Of a stretch of DNA of 22,031 nucleotides, positions 1 through 9,081 are shown one piece after another. How positions within the stretch are numbered: the first letter of the stretch is position 1; the number at the start of each line of letters is the position of its first letter. Both the position numbers and the translations under genes were made by a program. This DNA comes from Candidatus Micrarchaeia archaeon (lineage in GTDB: Archaea > Micrarchaeota > Micrarchaeia > Anstonellales > J096): NCBI GenBank assembly GCA_041500865.1, contig JBGQMY010000020.1, positions 1 through 22,031 on the forward strand, given 5' to 3'. The notes below the pieces were generated by a model that saw only the letters and a program-made list of their open reading frames with translations, was not told the origin of the DNA and made no database searches.

Positions 1-544
1 AAAAGAACCTTTTGAACGGGACCTTTACCTGTTCGTCTTCGCTGAAAAAGCCTTTCCTTATTGCGGAATACGGGGGATGCTGAAGCACCTCCGCCTCAAT
101 GCCGAGCCTGCTCCTTATCTGCCAGGCAAGCGGCCACTGCGTCGCAACCGTAAGCGTTGAATTGCTGATTATCCTGTCGTGCATGAAGTCGTTGGTCCTG
201 TCGTTTATGCCTTTTGTGGAAAACGAATAGTCATAGGTCGCATGGAAGTAAAATATTTTTTTTGATTTCAGGGAAAGGAACAGCGGGAACATCTTGGGCG
301 ATACCATGGTGAAGAAGGACACGCCTGATTCCAGCCTTTTTTTCAGGCGGAACAGCTCCGGAATTGACATGAAGTCGTAAAACTCCGCCTCAGGATACAG
401 CTTTGAGACCTTGTACGCCCTGTCGTTGTCCTTTGAGAGAATAAGCTTTGCGTCTGCTCCAAGGGATTTCGCTATCCCATAAAGGGAAAGGGCGCACTCC
501 AAGTTGCTTCCCTTCCTGCCGGCATAGACAAAGAAAAGCTCCAT
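1..544 (-). CDS. Probable glycosyltransferase (GT-B/GT4-like N-terminal domain), 3'-truncated by the window edge
   Basis: Not in the ORF track. Manual translation from ATG 544 is open to the edge: MELFFVYAGRKGSNLECALSLYGIAKSLG...KKIFYFHATYDY...STLTVATQWPLAWQIRSRLGIEAEVLQHPPY. TTTTAAA box ~23 nt upstream; lies in a glycan locus. Confidence 0.6.
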   Translation of the reverse strand, partial: MELFFVYAGRKGSNLECALSLYGIAKSLGADAKLILSKDNDRAYKVSKLYPEAEFYDFMSIPELFRLKKRLESGVSFFTMVSPKMFPLFLSLKSKKIFYFHATYDYSFSTKGINDRTNDFMHDRIISNSTLTVATQWPLAWQIRSRLGIEAEVLQHPPYSAIRKGFFSEDEQVKVPFKRFF

Positions 545-577
545 GGAAGGGTATTGCCGAGAACAGTTTAAAACCTA

Positions 578-1339
578 TCAGATGCCTGTGGAAAAGGCCA
601 TGTTGAGGGAGGCGCGGACGTATGGGACTATCCTGCTGTTGAGGTGTATCTTATCCCTTGCGAACTCTTGGGAAAGGAAGCCGTCCTTGCCTGAAGCCGC
701 TTTCTGCACGTCAATGAAAGGAATGCTGTTGGAAGCGCACCATCTTCCAAGGGCATTGTTGAACGCGATTGAGATTGCCTTCCTTTCCTCTCTGCTGCCA
801 TAGAATGGATACTTGTAGATGTTTTCCTGGCTGCCTGCGGGGGGGATGCCAAGCACCGCAACCTTGAATCCCTTTGATGTTAACCCCAATATTGCCTTCC
901 CGTAATTGGATACCGTGGCGTTTATTAGCTCGTCAATTGTTTTTCCGGTCTTCATGTGCTGGTTGTATATATGTATCCTCGCGTCTATTTCTCCGAAAAC
1001 AAGGAGCAGGACATCCCTCTTTGCATTGATGCCGGAAACTACCCTTAAAAATATTTCCCTGGAATTGGAGGTGTTATTCTCCTTTATGAGATTATACGCG
1101 GTCGCCTGGCCTATGTGGTGCGCGACGAAACTGCCCTGGAACTCAAACGGCTTCACATGGCTGTCGCCAATAACATGAATTATGGATTTATTGAGTAGCC
1201 TTGCGCGGCATAGCTGGAAAGTGGAAAATGCGCATAGGAAGGGGTAATTCCAGTCTCCAAGCGCGGTTCTTGCGAAAAAGTATACAATGCCCCTTTTTCT
1301 GTATTGCGCCCTTGCCATCTCCCTTATTTTTTTAATCAT
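578..1339 (-). CDS. SGNH/GDSL hydrolase-family protein (possible sugar O-acetyl esterase/transferase)
   Basis: Block I IGDSH, FGEID, C-terminal D-x-x-H (DKIHLN). Confidence 0.7.
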   Translation of the reverse strand: MIKKIREMARAQYRKRGIVYFFARTALGDWNYPFLCAFSTFQLCRARLLNKSIIHVIGDSHVKPFEFQGSFVAHHIGQATAYNLIKENNTSNSREIFLRVVSGINAKRDVLLLVFGEIDARIHIYNQHMKTGKTIDELINATVSNYGKAILGLTSKGFKVAVLGIPPAGSQENIYKYPFYGSREERKAISIAFNNALGRWCASNSIPFIDVQKAASGKDGFLSQEFARDKIHLNSRIVPYVRASLNMAFSTGI

Positions 1340-1354
1340 CCGGTCCAGCCCAGG

Positions 1355-1912
1355 CTATTCAAACGGCTCTATGTCCTTCATCGTTTTCCAGGCCCTGTCC
1401 TTGTCTGACAATATCGGGTTCGCGACGTTCCAGTCTATCCTGAGGCTGGAGTCGTTCCATATGATGCCATCCTCGGATTCGGGCTTGTAGTCGTTGTCAG
1501 CCTTGTACATGACATAAGAGTTATTCTGCAGCGCCAAAAATCCGTGCGCAAAGCCCCTTGGCACGTAGAGGCATACGCCGTTTTCCTCTGAAAGCCTTAT
1601 GCCCTGCCATTTTGAGAACGTCGGGGAGCTTTTCCTCAGGTCAACAATGACGTCATAAACTTCGCCTTTGATGCAGCGGACGAGCTTTGCCTGCGAAAAT
1701 TCCCCTTTTTGGAAATGAAGGCCCCTAAGAACGCCCTTTTTGGATATTGAAAGGTATTCCTCGTTGAAGAAAGGCTTGACGTTGAACCTTGCCAGTATCT
1801 CCTTTGTGTAGAGCTTGAAGAAGATGCCCCTTTCGTCGTCAAACCTCAACGGCCGTATTATGAACGCGCCCTTCAGCTGAAGCGCCTCTGTCTCCAATTT
1901 GCTGACTATCAT
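1355..1912 (-). CDS. rfbC: NDP-4-keto-6-deoxyhexose 3,5-epimerase (RmlC family)
   Basis: DERGIF, KGVLRGLHFQ, QAKLVRC, DLRKSSPTF, PRGFAHGF, ILSDKD motifs. Confidence 0.93.
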   Translation of the reverse strand: MIVSKLETEALQLKGAFIIRPLRFDDERGIFFKLYTKEILARFNVKPFFNEEYLSISKKGVLRGLHFQKGEFSQAKLVRCIKGEVYDVIVDLRKSSPTFSKWQGIRLSEENGVCLYVPRGFAHGFLALQNNSYVMYKADNDYKPESEDGIIWNDSSLRIDWNVANPILSDKDRAWKTMKDIEPFE

Positions 1913-2766
1913 GCAATCGCCCCTTTCAGCATCTTGAACTGCTGTTCAAGGGAAGCTGTTTTTCCTGCAATCTTTTCAGCTTTTGACATGTCCACTTTCA
2001 GGAATTCAGGGACCGCGAGCTTCCTGTCCTTTATTGAGAATGGTTCTATTGTGCTGGCGCTGAAGCCAAAGCTCTTGGCCAGCCTCAGCCCAAACTCGTG
2101 CCTTGAGACCAGCTCCGAACCGACCGTATTGAATGTGCCGCTGGCGCCCTTGTCCAGCAGTGCCATTATCATCCTTGCCAGTTCCCCCGAATAGATAGGC
2201 TGCGAAAACTGGTCATCTGCCAGCTGCACCGGATTTGAGGCTGTTGCCCCCTTTATCCTGAGGAAGATGTTGGTTCCCTTTTCATCAATGCCGTATACGC
2301 CTTCTGTCCTTGCCATTATGTAGTTTTTGGAAATGCACCTTATCCTCTCCTCTGCCTGGAGCTTTGTGACAGAATAATAGTTTTTCGGGTATAATGGGGA
2401 TTCCTCGGAATAGGTCTCGCCCCTCTTCCCCTCATAGACCCAGTCCGTGCTTACATGCACGTATTTGAACCTGTGCTTTTCCTGCATCAGGGCTATCCTT
2501 TCAGGCAGGAGCGTGTTTACGGCGTATGAAACCGCCTTTTCCTCTTCCATCCTGTCTGTGGAAAGGGGCGGCTTCACGGCGTTTATCACAACGCCTGGAT
2601 TTTCCCTTGATATGAGGCTCTCCAAAGCCGCAAAATCCATTACGTCAATGTTATATGAGCTGTTTTTCGAGCTTTTTGACACGGTCTTGACGCTGTGGCC
2701 TTTACCAAGCTCCAAGGCCAGGTGGTGGCCGACCACGCCTGAACCCCCCAAAACCAATATGTCCAT
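1909..2766 (-). CDS. RmlD-like NDP-4-keto sugar reductase (SDR)
   Basis: Likely start MDILVLGGSGVVG (2766); HVSTDWVYEG, YxxxK (YSVTK), DDQFSQP; ATGA overlap with rfbC. Confidence 0.85.
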   Translation of the reverse strand: MDILVLGGSGVVGHHLALELGKGHSVKTVSKSSKNSSYNIDVMDFAALESLISRENPGVVINAVKPPLSTDRMEEEKAVSYAVNTLLPERIALMQEKHRFKYVHVSTDWVYEGKRGETYSEESPLYPKNYYSVTKLQAEERIRCISKNYIMARTEGVYGIDEKGTNIFLRIKGATASNPVQLADDQFSQPIYSGELARMIMALLDKGASGTFNTVGSELVSRHEFGLRLAKSFGFSASTIEPFSIKDRKLAVPEFLKVDMSKAEKIAGKTASLEQQFKMLKGAIA

Positions 2767-2770
2767 GTTT

Positions 2771-3790
2771 TCACTTCCCATAAAACAGATCCTTGTCAAT
2801 AACGCCCTGTTTCACAAGGGCCTTGAGGAATTCCAGCCTTGTGAACGTGCCGCCCTCAAACTGCTCCTTTGTCAGATTATACTTTTTGAAGTCGCCAACC
2901 AGTTCCGTTATGCCTCCGTCAAGGCTGACAGTCGGCTTATCAAAAAATTCCGAAACCTTGGAGAAATCCAGCTTATAGGACCGCTCGTCAGGCGTCTTTT
3001 CCTTGTTTATCTGTAGTTTTGCTCCGGTTATTCCGCTTACCCTCTCTCCTATGTCCTTTACCTGGACATTGAGCTCCTCAAAACCGATATTGTAAAGGCC
3101 GAAAATGCCGTCCTCAAGGAACGTGCCGGTTATTTTGGCGTAATCCTTGACATGCAGGATGGGCCTCCATGGAGTCCCGTCTGAAAGTATCTTCACTGCA
3201 TCATAAAGGAACGCGCCTGCAGAAAGGTTGTTGACAACAAGGTCAAGCCTGAGCAGCGGCGATGAGCCGAACATCGTGGCATACCTCATTATGCTGGCCT
3301 TGAACTTCCCGTTCTGTTCCTTTTTCAAAAACTCTTCAGACTCCTTTTTTGAAACTGCGTATGCCGTAAGCGGCGCGGCCTCGGTTGTCTCCGTTGCCGT
3401 CTTTCCCTCAGGGGGCCTTCCGTAAACTGATGCTGAGGAAGCGTAAACAAGGTGCCCGATGCCGAGCTCTTTCGCAATTCTCACAAGGCTTTTTGTGGAA
3501 TTGAAGTTTATGTCCATTGTCAGGCCTGCAGAGAGGTCGCCGAGCGGGTCGTTTGAAAGCGCGGATAGGTGGACAATCTTCTCTATGTTGTGCTTTTTCA
3601 GGTCGTCTGCCGACACTTTCCTTATGTCCTTCATTATCTGGACGTCCGGAAGATACTCCCTAAGGCCGAAAAACGACGCATTGACGAAGTACCCGGAATC
3701 GTAGCCAACAGTGAAATGCCCCCTCTTCCTGAGCTCATTTACAAGGATGCATCCGTTGTATCCAAGATTTCCGGTTATGAAGATATTCAT
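2771..3790 (-). CDS. NAD-dependent nucleotide-sugar epimerase/dehydratase (extended SDR)
   Basis: TGNLGYNG Rossmann motif, HLSALSNDP, ASSASVYG, YAVSK, SDGTPWRPILHVKD. Confidence 0.88.
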   Translation of the reverse strand: MNIFITGNLGYNGCILVNELRKRGHFTVGYDSGYFVNASFFGLREYLPDVQIMKDIRKVSADDLKKHNIEKIVHLSALSNDPLGDLSAGLTMDINFNSTKSLVRIAKELGIGHLVYASSASVYGRPPEGKTATETTEAAPLTAYAVSKKESEEFLKKEQNGKFKASIMRYATMFGSSPLLRLDLVVNNLSAGAFLYDAVKILSDGTPWRPILHVKDYAKITGTFLEDGIFGLYNIGFEELNVQVKDIGERVSGITGAKLQINKEKTPDERSYKLDFSKVSEFFDKPTVSLDGGITELVGDFKKYNLTKEQFEGGTFTRLEFLKALVKQGVIDKDLFYGK

Positions 3791-3823
3791 GCAGCCACCA
3801 AATTATCCATTGCCATTTGCTGT

Positions 3824-4615
3824 TCACCATTTTTTCCATGGCGCCTTGCCCGAGGCCCATATCTCATTGAGCTTCATGTAGTCACGATATGCATCCATGG
3901 GCTCCCAGAAGCCGTCGTGGATATAATAGCCGAGCTTGCCGTCCTTTGCCAAGTTTGTGAGCAGCGGGAATTCCATCATGTCCTCTTCCTTTATGCCCAT
4001 CCTGCCCATGTACTCAAACAGCTTTTTCGAGAAAACCATGAAGCCTATGTTGATATAGTCGTTTGACAGGGGCTTTTCCACGAAATCAGTCACCTTTTTG
4101 TCGTCAAACCTAACAACGCCGAAACGCGACAGGGGCCTGTATATTGAAATCACGCCAATGCAGCCGTTTGCAAGGGCTTTTTTGTATGCGCTTTCAAGCG
4201 CAGGGATGTTGACGTCGGCCAGGTTGTCGCCGTATGCCACTATGAATGAATCCTCGGATATCGTGCCTTTCATCTGGTATAGCCTGCTTGCGGTCCCGTT
4301 CTCAAGGCCCGTGTTCCTTATCCTGATTTCCCACTGCTCCGGATTTCCGTCAAACGCCACTTCGCCGTCCGCCGTGTTTACTGTCAGCCCGTTTGAGCTG
4401 TGCCTGTGGTAATCAGCCCAATAGTCGACAACCTGCTCGTGCTTGTAGCCGCTTGCGATTGCAAACTTGTTTACCCCGAAACATGAAAGGTATTTCATTA
4501 TGTGCCACATGATGGGCATTTCGCCTATGTTGACAAGCGGCTTGGGCGTTGTTTCGGTTACAGGCATCAGCCTCGTTCCCTTTCCGCCTGCGAATATGAC
4601 GGCTGTTGATACCAT
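3824..4615 (-). CDS. rfbF: Glucose-1-phosphate cytidylyltransferase-like nucleotidyltransferase
   Basis: AGGKGTRL, PKPLV, PIMWHIMK, GYK, YGDNLADVNI, SRFGVV, HDGFWEPMD and C-terminal GKAPWKKW, typical of RfbF. Confidence 0.8.
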   Translation of the reverse strand: MVSTAVIFAGGKGTRLMPVTETTPKPLVNIGEMPIMWHIMKYLSCFGVNKFAIASGYKHEQVVDYWADYHRHSSNGLTVNTADGEVAFDGNPEQWEIRIRNTGLENGTASRLYQMKGTISEDSFIVAYGDNLADVNIPALESAYKKALANGCIGVISIYRPLSRFGVVRFDDKKVTDFVEKPLSNDYINIGFMVFSKKLFEYMGRMGIKEEDMMEFPLLTNLAKDGKLGYYIHDGFWEPMDAYRDYMKLNEIWASGKAPWKKW

Positions 4616-4730
4616 AAAGGCATTGGGACACGAAAGTATAAAAGATTAGTGATTGCTGCAGTATCCTGGTTTAGCTTCCTCTTAAGGGAAAAAAGGAAGA
4701 TTTATATATTGAATTTTGGTTCCGGTGAAT

Positions 4731-5585
4731 ATGGCCGGAAATATGAAGAGAGATATGAGAGACTTTGTGAAAAAAAGAAAGCGCCTGTATGCAATTGCGC
4801 TCGTTTTTGTGAATGCAGCCGGAGCCGCGAATAGGGGCGCAAAAACGTTCTTGTCAAGAAAAATACTGAAAGAACCGGACAGGATAGAAGTCGCCCAAAA
4901 AACGCTGGAAAGGATAAACGGAAAAACATACTTGGAGATAGGGGTCTCATTCGGCGAATCCTTCAAGGCAGTGCAGGCAGAACGCAAGATAGGCGTAGAC
5001 CCAGTGCCGCCAGCGCAGGACGTGCTTGACAATTTGGATTCCAACACGCGGTTTTTCGAGATGACTTCTGACGAATTCTTCCAGACTGCGGCTGAAAAGG
5101 CGTTTGGCGGGCGCGGAGTTGATGTTGTGCTGATTGACGGATTGCATGAATACGGCCAAGTTTTGAGGGACGTAAAAAACTGCCTGAAATACCTCAATGG
5201 AAACGGCGTCATCATAATGCATGACTGCAACCCCTGGTCTGAGGCTGTTGCAACGCCTGCCATGTCGTACGAAGAAGCGCGCGATAAGGCCCATGGACAG
5301 GGCCTGGATTGGACCGGGAGCTGGACGGGCGATGTGTGGAAAGGCATAGTCTGCCTCAGGACAATGAAGGACGTTAGCGTATTTGTCCTAAACTGCGATT
5401 GCGGCCTGGGAATCGTGACCAAGGGCAAGCCGGAAAGCGTGCTGGATTATTCTGCTGAAGACATCAAAAAAATGGATTATCATGATTTGGATAATGATAG
5501 GAAAAATTTTCTGAACCTGAAGAACGCCAGTTACTTTTCAAGTTTCTTGGAACAGTTGAATGGTTATAATGGTGCAAAAAAATGA
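4731..5585 (+). CDS. Class I SAM-dependent methyltransferase (Methyltransf_24-like)
   Basis: YLEIGV, GVDP, MTSDEFF, IDGLHEY, GVIIMHDCNP, WTGDVWK. Start 4731 chosen because TTTATATA lies 23 nt upstream. Confidence 0.85.
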   Translation: MAGNMKRDMRDFVKKRKRLYAIALVFVNAAGAANRGAKTFLSRKILKEPDRIEVAQKTLERINGKTYLEIGVSFGESFKAVQAERKIGVDPVPPAQDVLDNLDSNTRFFEMTSDEFFQTAAEKAFGGRGVDVVLIDGLHEYGQVLRDVKNCLKYLNGNGVIIMHDCNPWSEAVATPAMSYEEARDKAHGQGLDWTGSWTGDVWKGIVCLRTMKDVSVFVLNCDCGLGIVTKGKPESVLDYSAEDIKKMDYHDLDNDRKNFLNLKNASYFSSFLEQLNGYNGAKK

Positions 5586-5589
5586 ATAT

Positions 5590-6834
5590 TCAGTCTAGGC
5601 CGAAGCCCACGGTGCGCGGCTGTTTGGTTATTTTAAGCGGAATGTAGATTATCAGCAGCAGGCAGCAATAGAGGATGGCAAAAAAAGGCAGCAGCAGAAG
5701 CTTTGCAATGTGGAGCAGGGCGTTTGCGTTGCTGGACATCAGCATGTAATGGTCATCGTCAAGCCTGAAATACAGTGTCCTGCAGAAGCAGCCGAGCACG
5801 ATAATCTTCAGGTAGCTGAACGTGTTGACAACGAGTGCATCCTTCCTGAAAAAGGGCAAGGCGTCCTCCAGTATGCTGAGCATCTTGGCCCCGGAATTGC
5901 CCTCAAGATAGCTGGCGCTGGCATCGTCTATTATTTTCAAGCCTGCCGGAATCCCGCTCTTGGGCAAAATGGTTTTCTTTATGGAGGCATCTATCCTGTC
6001 ATAAGCCCCCTTGCCGAATTTATACGAGAACAGCAGGCTTGTCATCGCGGCAAAGAGGCCGAATCCGTACATCGGTATGAAGAACGCCGAAAGCGAAAGC
6101 AAAAACCCGAAAAAAACAGCCGCCTCTAGCCGGGGCAAGGTCAGTTTCATTATTACCAGATTTGACAGCAGGTACAGCCAAAGCCTGGAAGGGGATTTCA
6201 GCACAGACTTTCCGGCAAAGCTGTATGGATGTTCTACGACGTCAGGAAGCATCACGGATTTTTCCTTATCAATCCGCTCCGCAAACTCGCCGTCTTCAGC
6301 CCCGCAGTAAAGCGGCGCAAAGCACAGACCGTATTTCGCGAATATCCCCCTTGAGAAAAGCGCGTATTGGGCCACGGTTGGATGGCCAATAGTGACACTG
6401 TATTCCTTATCCACAAGCAGATGCGTAGTTGGGGAAACGTATCCAACCTCCCGCCTTGAATAAAGGTCCTCTATAAGGGTGGAGGTTACCGGCATGCAGT
6501 CGTCGTCCGCGTTTATCATGTACTTGTATCCGTTCTCAAACCCGTATTTCTGCCCTGTGAAGAAGCCGCCTGCAGAGCCCGTGTCCTCCTTCCTTTTTGC
6601 CACGATTATGCCAAAACCGAACTTCCTGTTTTTCAGGTAATCAAAAAGCCTCGCATCGCCAAAATCAGGACCCAGCACGATGACAACGTCAAATTTCTGG
6701 AACGTCTGCTTTGAAAGGTAGCCAAGGTGCTTGACAAGGACGTCATAATTCATGAAGCACGGTATTATGACAAGCAGGTCGTTGCCGCATCTGCCGTACT
6801 TTTTTTCATATGAAAGCAGGCTCCGGTAATCCAT
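5590..6834 (-). CDS. GT2 family glycosyltransferase with C-terminal transmembrane helices
   Basis: Likely start MDYRSLL (6834); VIIPCF, DTGSAGGF, DxD (ADDD), AEDGEF, hydrophobic C-terminal segments. Confidence 0.82.
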   Translation of the reverse strand: MDYRSLLSYEKKYGRCGNDLLVIIPCFMNYDVLVKHLGYLSKQTFQKFDVVIVLGPDFGDARLFDYLKNRKFGFGIIVAKRKEDTGSAGGFFTGQKYGFENGYKYMINADDDCMPVTSTLIEDLYSRREVGYVSPTTHLLVDKEYSVTIGHPTVAQYALFSRGIFAKYGLCFAPLYCGAEDGEFAERIDKEKSVMLPDVVEHPYSFAGKSVLKSPSRLWLYLLSNLVIMKLTLPRLEAAVFFGFLLSLSAFFIPMYGFGLFAAMTSLLFSYKFGKGAYDRIDASIKKTILPKSGIPAGLKIIDDASASYLEGNSGAKMLSILEDALPFFRKDALVVNTFSYLKIIVLGCFCRTLYFRLDDDHYMLMSSNANALLHIAKLLLLPFFAILYCCLLLIIYIPLKITKQPRTVGFGLD

Positions 6835-6856
6835 ATTGCGGAAGTGGAGCAACAGA

Positions 6857-6865
6857 TTTTTAAAA
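6857..6865. promoter_or_regulatory. Palindromic TATA box, candidate bidirectional promoter
   Basis: TTTTAAAA centred in a 53 bp spacer between divergent ATGs at 6834 (-) and 6888 (+). Confidence 0.55.
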
Positions 6866-6887
6866 TGCAGGCGCCAAGCAAACTGCC

Positions 6888-7706
6888 ATGAAGGGCATAA
6901 TACTTGCCGCAGGCTATGCAAAGCGGCTCCGCCCCCTGACTGAAAACTTCCCGAAGCCCCTGCTTGACGTTGACGGGAAGCCGATAATAGACCACGTCCT
7001 GGAAAGCATGGAATCTATAGGCATAAATGACGTTTACGTGATAACGAACGCCAGGTTTGAGGAAAGGTTCAGGGCATGGGCAAAGGGCAAAAACGTGACG
7101 CTGCTCAGCGACGGCAGCACGTCAGAGGGGGACAAGCTCGGCGCAATCGGCGACATAGACTACGCAATCAACAAAATCGGGATTGACGACGACGTACTTG
7201 TCATAGGCGGGGACTCCATCCTGACGTTCTCCATAGGCGGGGCATACAGAAGATTCATTGAAAGCAACGAAAACCTGATACTTGCGTATGACCTGAAGAG
7301 CGCAGAGGCCGCAAAAAGCTTCGGGGTCATCGAGATGGACAATTCGGGAAGGGTGCTGAGCTTTGAGGAAAAGCCAAAGGCCCCAAAGTCAACGCTTTGC
7401 TCTACATGCGCCTATTTCTACCCAAGGAAGACGCTGCCGCTGATAAGGAGGTACCTTGACGAAGGCAACAACCCGGACACGCCAGGCAGCTTTGTCCAAT
7501 ATCTTCTGGCAAAGAAAATCCCGGTGCTCTGCATGAGCTTTGACAAGCCGTGGTTTGACATAGGGACGGTTGCAAAGCTGGCAGAGGCGAGGGAGCACTT
7601 CTCAAAGGCCAGGCGCTTCCTGAACGACATTGCCAGGAAGGGCGCAGCCGAAAGGCAGGCAGCCGGGCAAGCCGGCGGCAAGCGCCAGGGAAGGCCGCAT
7701 TTTTAA
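6888..7706 (+). CDS. Sugar-phosphate nucleotidyltransferase (NTP_transferase family)
   Basis: GIILAAGYAKRLRPLT, PKPLL, GGD, FGV, FEEKP, WFDIGT. Confidence 0.9.
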   Translation: MKGIILAAGYAKRLRPLTENFPKPLLDVDGKPIIDHVLESMESIGINDVYVITNARFEERFRAWAKGKNVTLLSDGSTSEGDKLGAIGDIDYAINKIGIDDDVLVIGGDSILTFSIGGAYRRFIESNENLILAYDLKSAEAAKSFGVIEMDNSGRVLSFEEKPKAPKSTLCSTCAYFYPRKTLPLIRRYLDEGNNPDTPGSFVQYLLAKKIPVLCMSFDKPWFDIGTVAKLAEAREHFSKARRFLNDIARKGAAERQAAGQAGGKRQGRPHF

Positions 7707-7731
7707 ACAAAACAACCCATAAGGGCGCACT

Positions 7732-9081
7732 ATGGCGCTTGGCTGGAGAATCCTAAACGAGGGCGAGTACAGGGTAAAGCAGCCAGCGCTGAGCGCGGAC
7801 GAGGAGGAATTCGTCTCAGGCATGGCCTCGCGCTTCAAGGAGCACATACGGGTGTCTGAGTTCAGGGACGAGGCCGAGATAACGGAAATGCTGCACAGCA
7901 TCCTGCTTGCCATGGCGAAGGACGAGGGGATATCGCTTGACCAGAACCAAAAAAAATACCTGGTTGAGGCGGCCTTCCGCCACATATACGGGCTGGCTTT
8001 TTTTGACGAGCTGCTGAAGGACCCGGAGATAGAGGAAATAGCGGTAATAGGCCTTTCAAAGCCCGTCTATGTCTTCATCGCGGGAAAGGGATGGAAGGCC
8101 GTCAATGCCGAGATAACGGACGAGCACACCCTTATGGAGATAATAAACAAGATGGCAAAGGGCATCGGCAGGCGCATAACGCTCCAGCATCCGAGGCTGG
8201 ACGCATCGCTGCATGACGGGAGCAGGCTGCATGCTTCCATATCCCCGGTTTCGGCAGGCGAGCTGACGATAAGGAAATTCAAAACCGTTCCGCTTTCGCC
8301 GCGGCAGCTTATTGACAACGGGACAGGGAGCGCGCCAATCTTTGCGCTGCTTTCCATGTTCATGCAAAGCGACAGCTCAATAATCGTGTCGGGAAACACG
8401 GCAGGCGGAAAGACTACGACGCTCAACTCGCTTTTCACGTTCATACCGAAAGACGAGAGGATACTCATAACTGAGGAGACGCCGGAGATAAGCATACCGC
8501 ACGAGCACCAGATAAGGATGGTTGCGAACAAGGACATGGGCATATCGCTCATGGACCTGATATATGATTCGCTAAGGATGAGGCCGGACAGGATAATAGT
8601 CGGGGAAGTGAGGAACAGGGAAGAGGTCAATGCGCTTGTCGACGTGCTGCTCGGAGGCCAGGCAAGGGGCGTATATGCAACGTTCCATGCGCAGTCGTCG
8701 CAGGAGGCGCTCAACAGGCTGGCAAGCATGGGAGTCCAGCGCATGGACCTTTCCAGCATAGACCTAATCGCGGTGCAGAGGAGGATGATGGCATACGACA
8801 GGAAAAAGAGGATAACGAAAGAAGTGAGGAAGATAAGCGAACTCAGCCTTGTGGATAACGGGGCGCCTGTGCCGCTTGCCAGATACGACATGCAAACGGA
8901 CGCGTGGAAAACTGAAAATGTCGGAAAGGCGCTCTCGCTGCTTGCCGAGAGGATGGGCTTCAGCGCGCAGGAGGCTGAAAAGGAGATGGGCTTCAGGGAA
9001 AGGCTGACTGCGCGCTCGCCGGCTGACTTCCTGGGATTCTATGCGACTATACAAAAGGAGCTTTACGGGGAAGCGAAATGA
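7732..9081 (+). CDS. Type IV pilus/Tad secretion ATPase (VirB11/CpaF/FlaI family)
   Basis: DGSRLHA, LTIRKF, Walker A GNTAGGKTT, LRMRPDRIIVGEVR, TFHA. Confidence 0.92.
   Translation: MALGWRILNEGEYRVKQPALSADEEEFVSGMASRFKEHIRVSEFRDEAEITEMLHSILLAMAKDEGISLDQNQKKYLVEAAFRHIYGLAFFDELLKDPEIEEIAVIGLSKPVYVFIAGKGWKAVNAEITDEHTLMEIINKMAKGIGRRITLQHPRLDASLHDGSRLHASISPVSAGELTIRKFKTVPLSPRQLIDNGTGSAPIFALLSMFMQSDSSIIVSGNTAGGKTTTLNSLFTFIPKDERILITEETPEISIPHEHQIRMVANKDMGISLMDLIYDSLRMRPDRIIVGEVRNREEVNALVDVLLGGQARGVYATFHAQSSQEALNRLASMGVQRMDLSSIDLIAVQRRMMAYDRKKRITKEVRKISELSLVDNGAPVPLARYDMQTDAWKTENVGKALSLLAERMGFSAQEAEKEMGFRERLTARSPADFLGFYATIQKELYGEAK

Noticed and set aside
3787..3816. 9-codon minus-strand mini-ORF (MAMDNLVAA) overlapping the SDR start by ATGA
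   Set aside because: Too short to support; the spacer simply contains an SD-like GGTGG
6835..6921. ORF-track N-terminal extension of the GT2 (also 2767-2799 for the RmlD-like gene)
   Set aside because: Overlaps neighbouring genes or promoter; downstream ATGs fit domain starts better
6857..7708. TTTAAAATGC / GCATTTTTAAA flanking the nucleotidyltransferase, resembling terminal inverted repeats
   Set aside because: Short, imperfect, explained as TATA boxes; no transposase or target duplication
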